A stretch of DNA of 64,000 bases. Origin: an uncultured delta proteobacterium. Lineage in GTDB: Bacteria; Myxococcota_A; Polyangia; Haliangiales; Haliangiaceae. Where the stretch lies: assembly GCA_963848295.1 (NCBI GenBank), contig CAWKDB010000002.1:864001-928000 (forward strand). The letters are read 5' to 3'. Below, one piece after another: positions 63,943 through 64,000 of the stretch (position 1 is the stretch's first letter; each line of letters starts with the position of its first letter). Both the position numbers and the translations under genes were made by a program. A model generated the notes under the pieces. The model was not told the DNA's origin. It ran no database searches and saw nothing but the letters and a program-made list of their open reading frames with translations.

Positions 63943-64000
63943 CTAGGTCGCAGCGTCGGGCCCGGCCATGGTCTGTACAAGGGAGATCATGATGAACTCG
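63943..64000 (-). CDS. Probable tail sheath protein C-terminus (truncated by window end)
   Basis: EFIMISLVQTMAG...stop resembles the sheath (PA)EFI ending and lies directly before the tube gene. Confidence 0.55.
   Translation of the reverse strand, partial: EFIMISLVQTMAGPDAAT

Overview
High-GC window that looks myxobacterial (inferred from the many Ser/Thr kinases, FHA proteins and lipoproteins). The left part (1-36 kb) is mostly housekeeping: mrp, ribA, def, folB, sspB, an ISC Fe-S operon (iscS-iscU-iscA-hscB-hscA-fdx), rny, erpA, glcD, nth, kamA, queG, three Ser/Thr kinases, a PP2C phosphatase and several lipoproteins. The ISC operon is headed by a Cys-rich MerR-family regulator rather than IscR. 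A palindromic box CCT(C/A)AC-N6-GT(G/A)AGG occurs twice at its promoter and once in the erpA promoter. The right part (36-64 kb) is an almost continuous minus-strand cluster. It encodes a contractile injection system (sheath end, tube, tube initiator, a VgrG split into one hub and two spike genes, gp25, baseplate, PASTA-fused wedge). This runs into four FHA proteins, a Ycf46-type AAA ATPase, DUF1257, DUF2997, DUF4157, pentapeptide-repeat and TPR genes. Six genes carry single-base frameshifts that are probably sequencing errors. Many genes have a -10 box 6-9 nt before the start codon, suggesting widespread leaderless mRNAs. All family assignments are from motif recognition by eye; no database search was run.
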